A DNA stretch of 60,987 bases, counting the filler. It is 3 parts of 3 records of this genome, joined end to end, with 100 filler letters (N's around TTAATTAATTAA, not from the genome) between each part and the next. Parts side by side here need not be neighbours in the genome. Positions count along the whole stretch, not along the records: positions 48,087 to 60,987 come from SRR31156797_8638; 2 more parts are not named here. The stretch is one strand, 5' to 3'. Positions 60,028 through 60,987 of the stretch are shown in pieces. The translations under genes and the position numbers were made by a program. The notes beneath the pieces were generated by a model. That model was not told the origin of the DNA and did no database searches. It worked only from the letters and a program-made list of their open reading frames with translations. How positions within the stretch are numbered: position 1 is the first letter of the stretch; each line of letters starts with the position of its first letter.

Positions 60028-60330
60028 TTATTTATTTTGTTCAGAAAGGAATTTATAAAGTAAATCACTAATTCCCATAGTTCCAGTACTTTCTTTAGCT
60101 ATTGTTTCAGTATACATACCTTTAACAATATCAGAACCACTTCCTTCACCAGCTAAATTAACATCTTTTAATGAAACATTTAATAACTGCTGCATAAAAA
60201 AAGCTTCAAAATCATCTGTAACATCTCTTAAAGCTTTATCTTCAAGTTTTGAACTGTCAAGGTTAGCATAAGATGTTTGTTGACTTGCTTTTATTGTATT
60301 TATATCTGTAAAATTGTTGCTTAATTCCAT
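60028..60330 (-). CDS. flgJ: Single-domain FlgJ (rod-binding) protein
   Basis: L.....DFEAFF.QQLL...L, G.DI..GMY, G..GI..LLY..L; no muramidase domain. Confidence 0.75.
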   Translation of the reverse strand: MELSNNFTDINTIKASQQTSYANLDSSKLEDKALRDVTDDFEAFFMQQLLNVSLKDVNLAGEGSGSDIVKGMYTETIAKESTGTMGISDLLYKFLSEQNK

Positions 60331-60332
60331 GT

Positions 60333-60987
60333 TTACTCCAATCTATCGAAGAAATTCTCTTCAGCTAAAATATCTTCTTGATTATTCTCAGAGAAGAATC
60401 TCATTTCAACTCTTCTATTATCTGCTGCAACTTCACTTTTAGGATGATATGAAGCATATGCAGAAACCTTTAATAAAGATGGGTCAATTTTGTTTTTAAT
60501 AAGCTCTTTTACTACTTCTATAGAACGCAATGCAGATAAATCCCAGTTATCTCTTGGGATTGTATTGTTTTGATATAAGCTAGAAGAGGTATGACCTATT
60601 ATTTCTATATTGTAAGTTTGTGGCATAGTTCTCACAACTCTTGCAATTTTGGCAATAAACCTTTTTGCATTTGGGTTTGTAAGTAGATATTGACTCTCTT
60701 CAAACATAATAGTTGAAGGTATATCTAATGTAAACTCATTTTTCCCTTTTTCAAGTTTGATTTTTTCAACTTGTTCCATACTATTTTCGTTCATTTGGGA
60801 TACAACTTCATTAATCTCTTCCATTGCATCTTCCATAGAATCATCTGTTGCATCAATTTGATCTTCTGAAGAACTACTATTTTGAGTAGAATATTTTTCT
60901 GATTGAGTTTGTACATCAGTCGATGCATCGATAAATCCCATTGCTTTACGCATTACATCAAAATACTCTTCAACTTTCTTTTTATCC
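60333..60987 (-). CDS. motB: Stator protein MotB, periplasmic part (N-terminus outside the window)
   Basis: OmpA-like IEIIGHT, NWDLSALRS..V, NRRVE; the frame stays open to the window edge (DKKKVEEYFDVMRK). Confidence 0.85.
   Translation of the reverse strand, partial: DKKKVEEYFDVMRKAMGFIDASTDVQTQSEKYSTQNSSSSEDQIDATDDSMEDAMEEINEVVSQMNENSMEQVEKIKLEKGKNEFTLDIPSTIMFEESQYLLTNPNAKRFIAKIARVVRTMPQTYNIEIIGHTSSSLYQNNTIPRDNWDLSALRSIEVVKELIKNKIDPSLLKVSAYASYHPKSEVAADNRRVEMRFFSENNQEDILAEENFFDRLE

Noticed and set aside
531-60071. Numerous short antisense or alternate-frame ORFs nested in long genes
   Set aside because: They are shadows of well-supported genes, with no recognisable motifs or independent expression signals.
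48087-60987. Horizontal transfer of flagellar genes into a Bacteroidetes genome
   Set aside because: The segment is separated by an artificial spacer and has very different composition; it is a different organism.

Overview
The window is not one locus. It is three unrelated contigs joined by two identical 100-nt artificial spacers (N44-TTAATTAATTAA-N44 at 20744-20843 and 47987-48086). Contig 1 (1-20743) looks like a non-Bacteroidetes FCB-group bacterium (Marinimicrobia/KSB1/Calditrichota-like by inference: Shine-Dalgarno sites, TTGACA-type promoters, T9SS CTDs). It carries SRP RNA and dnaX, then an ~18 kb SusD-less surface cluster: two TonB-dependent receptors, three paralogous ~740-780 aa secreted FN3 proteins with a distinctive CTD ending KKFIIIR, two lipoproteins, a PorV-family barrel and one canonical T9SS cargo. 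This cluster is the best candidate for an under-described system. Contig 2 (20844-47986) is Bacteroidales-like: four tandem histidine kinases, a sigma54-controlled MFP/ABC-permease operon facing an NtrC-type pair, a TPR protein, lysS, lipA, lipB, a probable type II TA pair, a putative porin, a GT-C-like membrane protein, a ~120-bp-period repeat and a truncated 5S rRNA. Contig 3 (48087-60987) is an AT-rich Arcobacter-like flagellar cluster on the minus strand (motB to flhA). All calls come from reading motifs by eye; no database searches were run.
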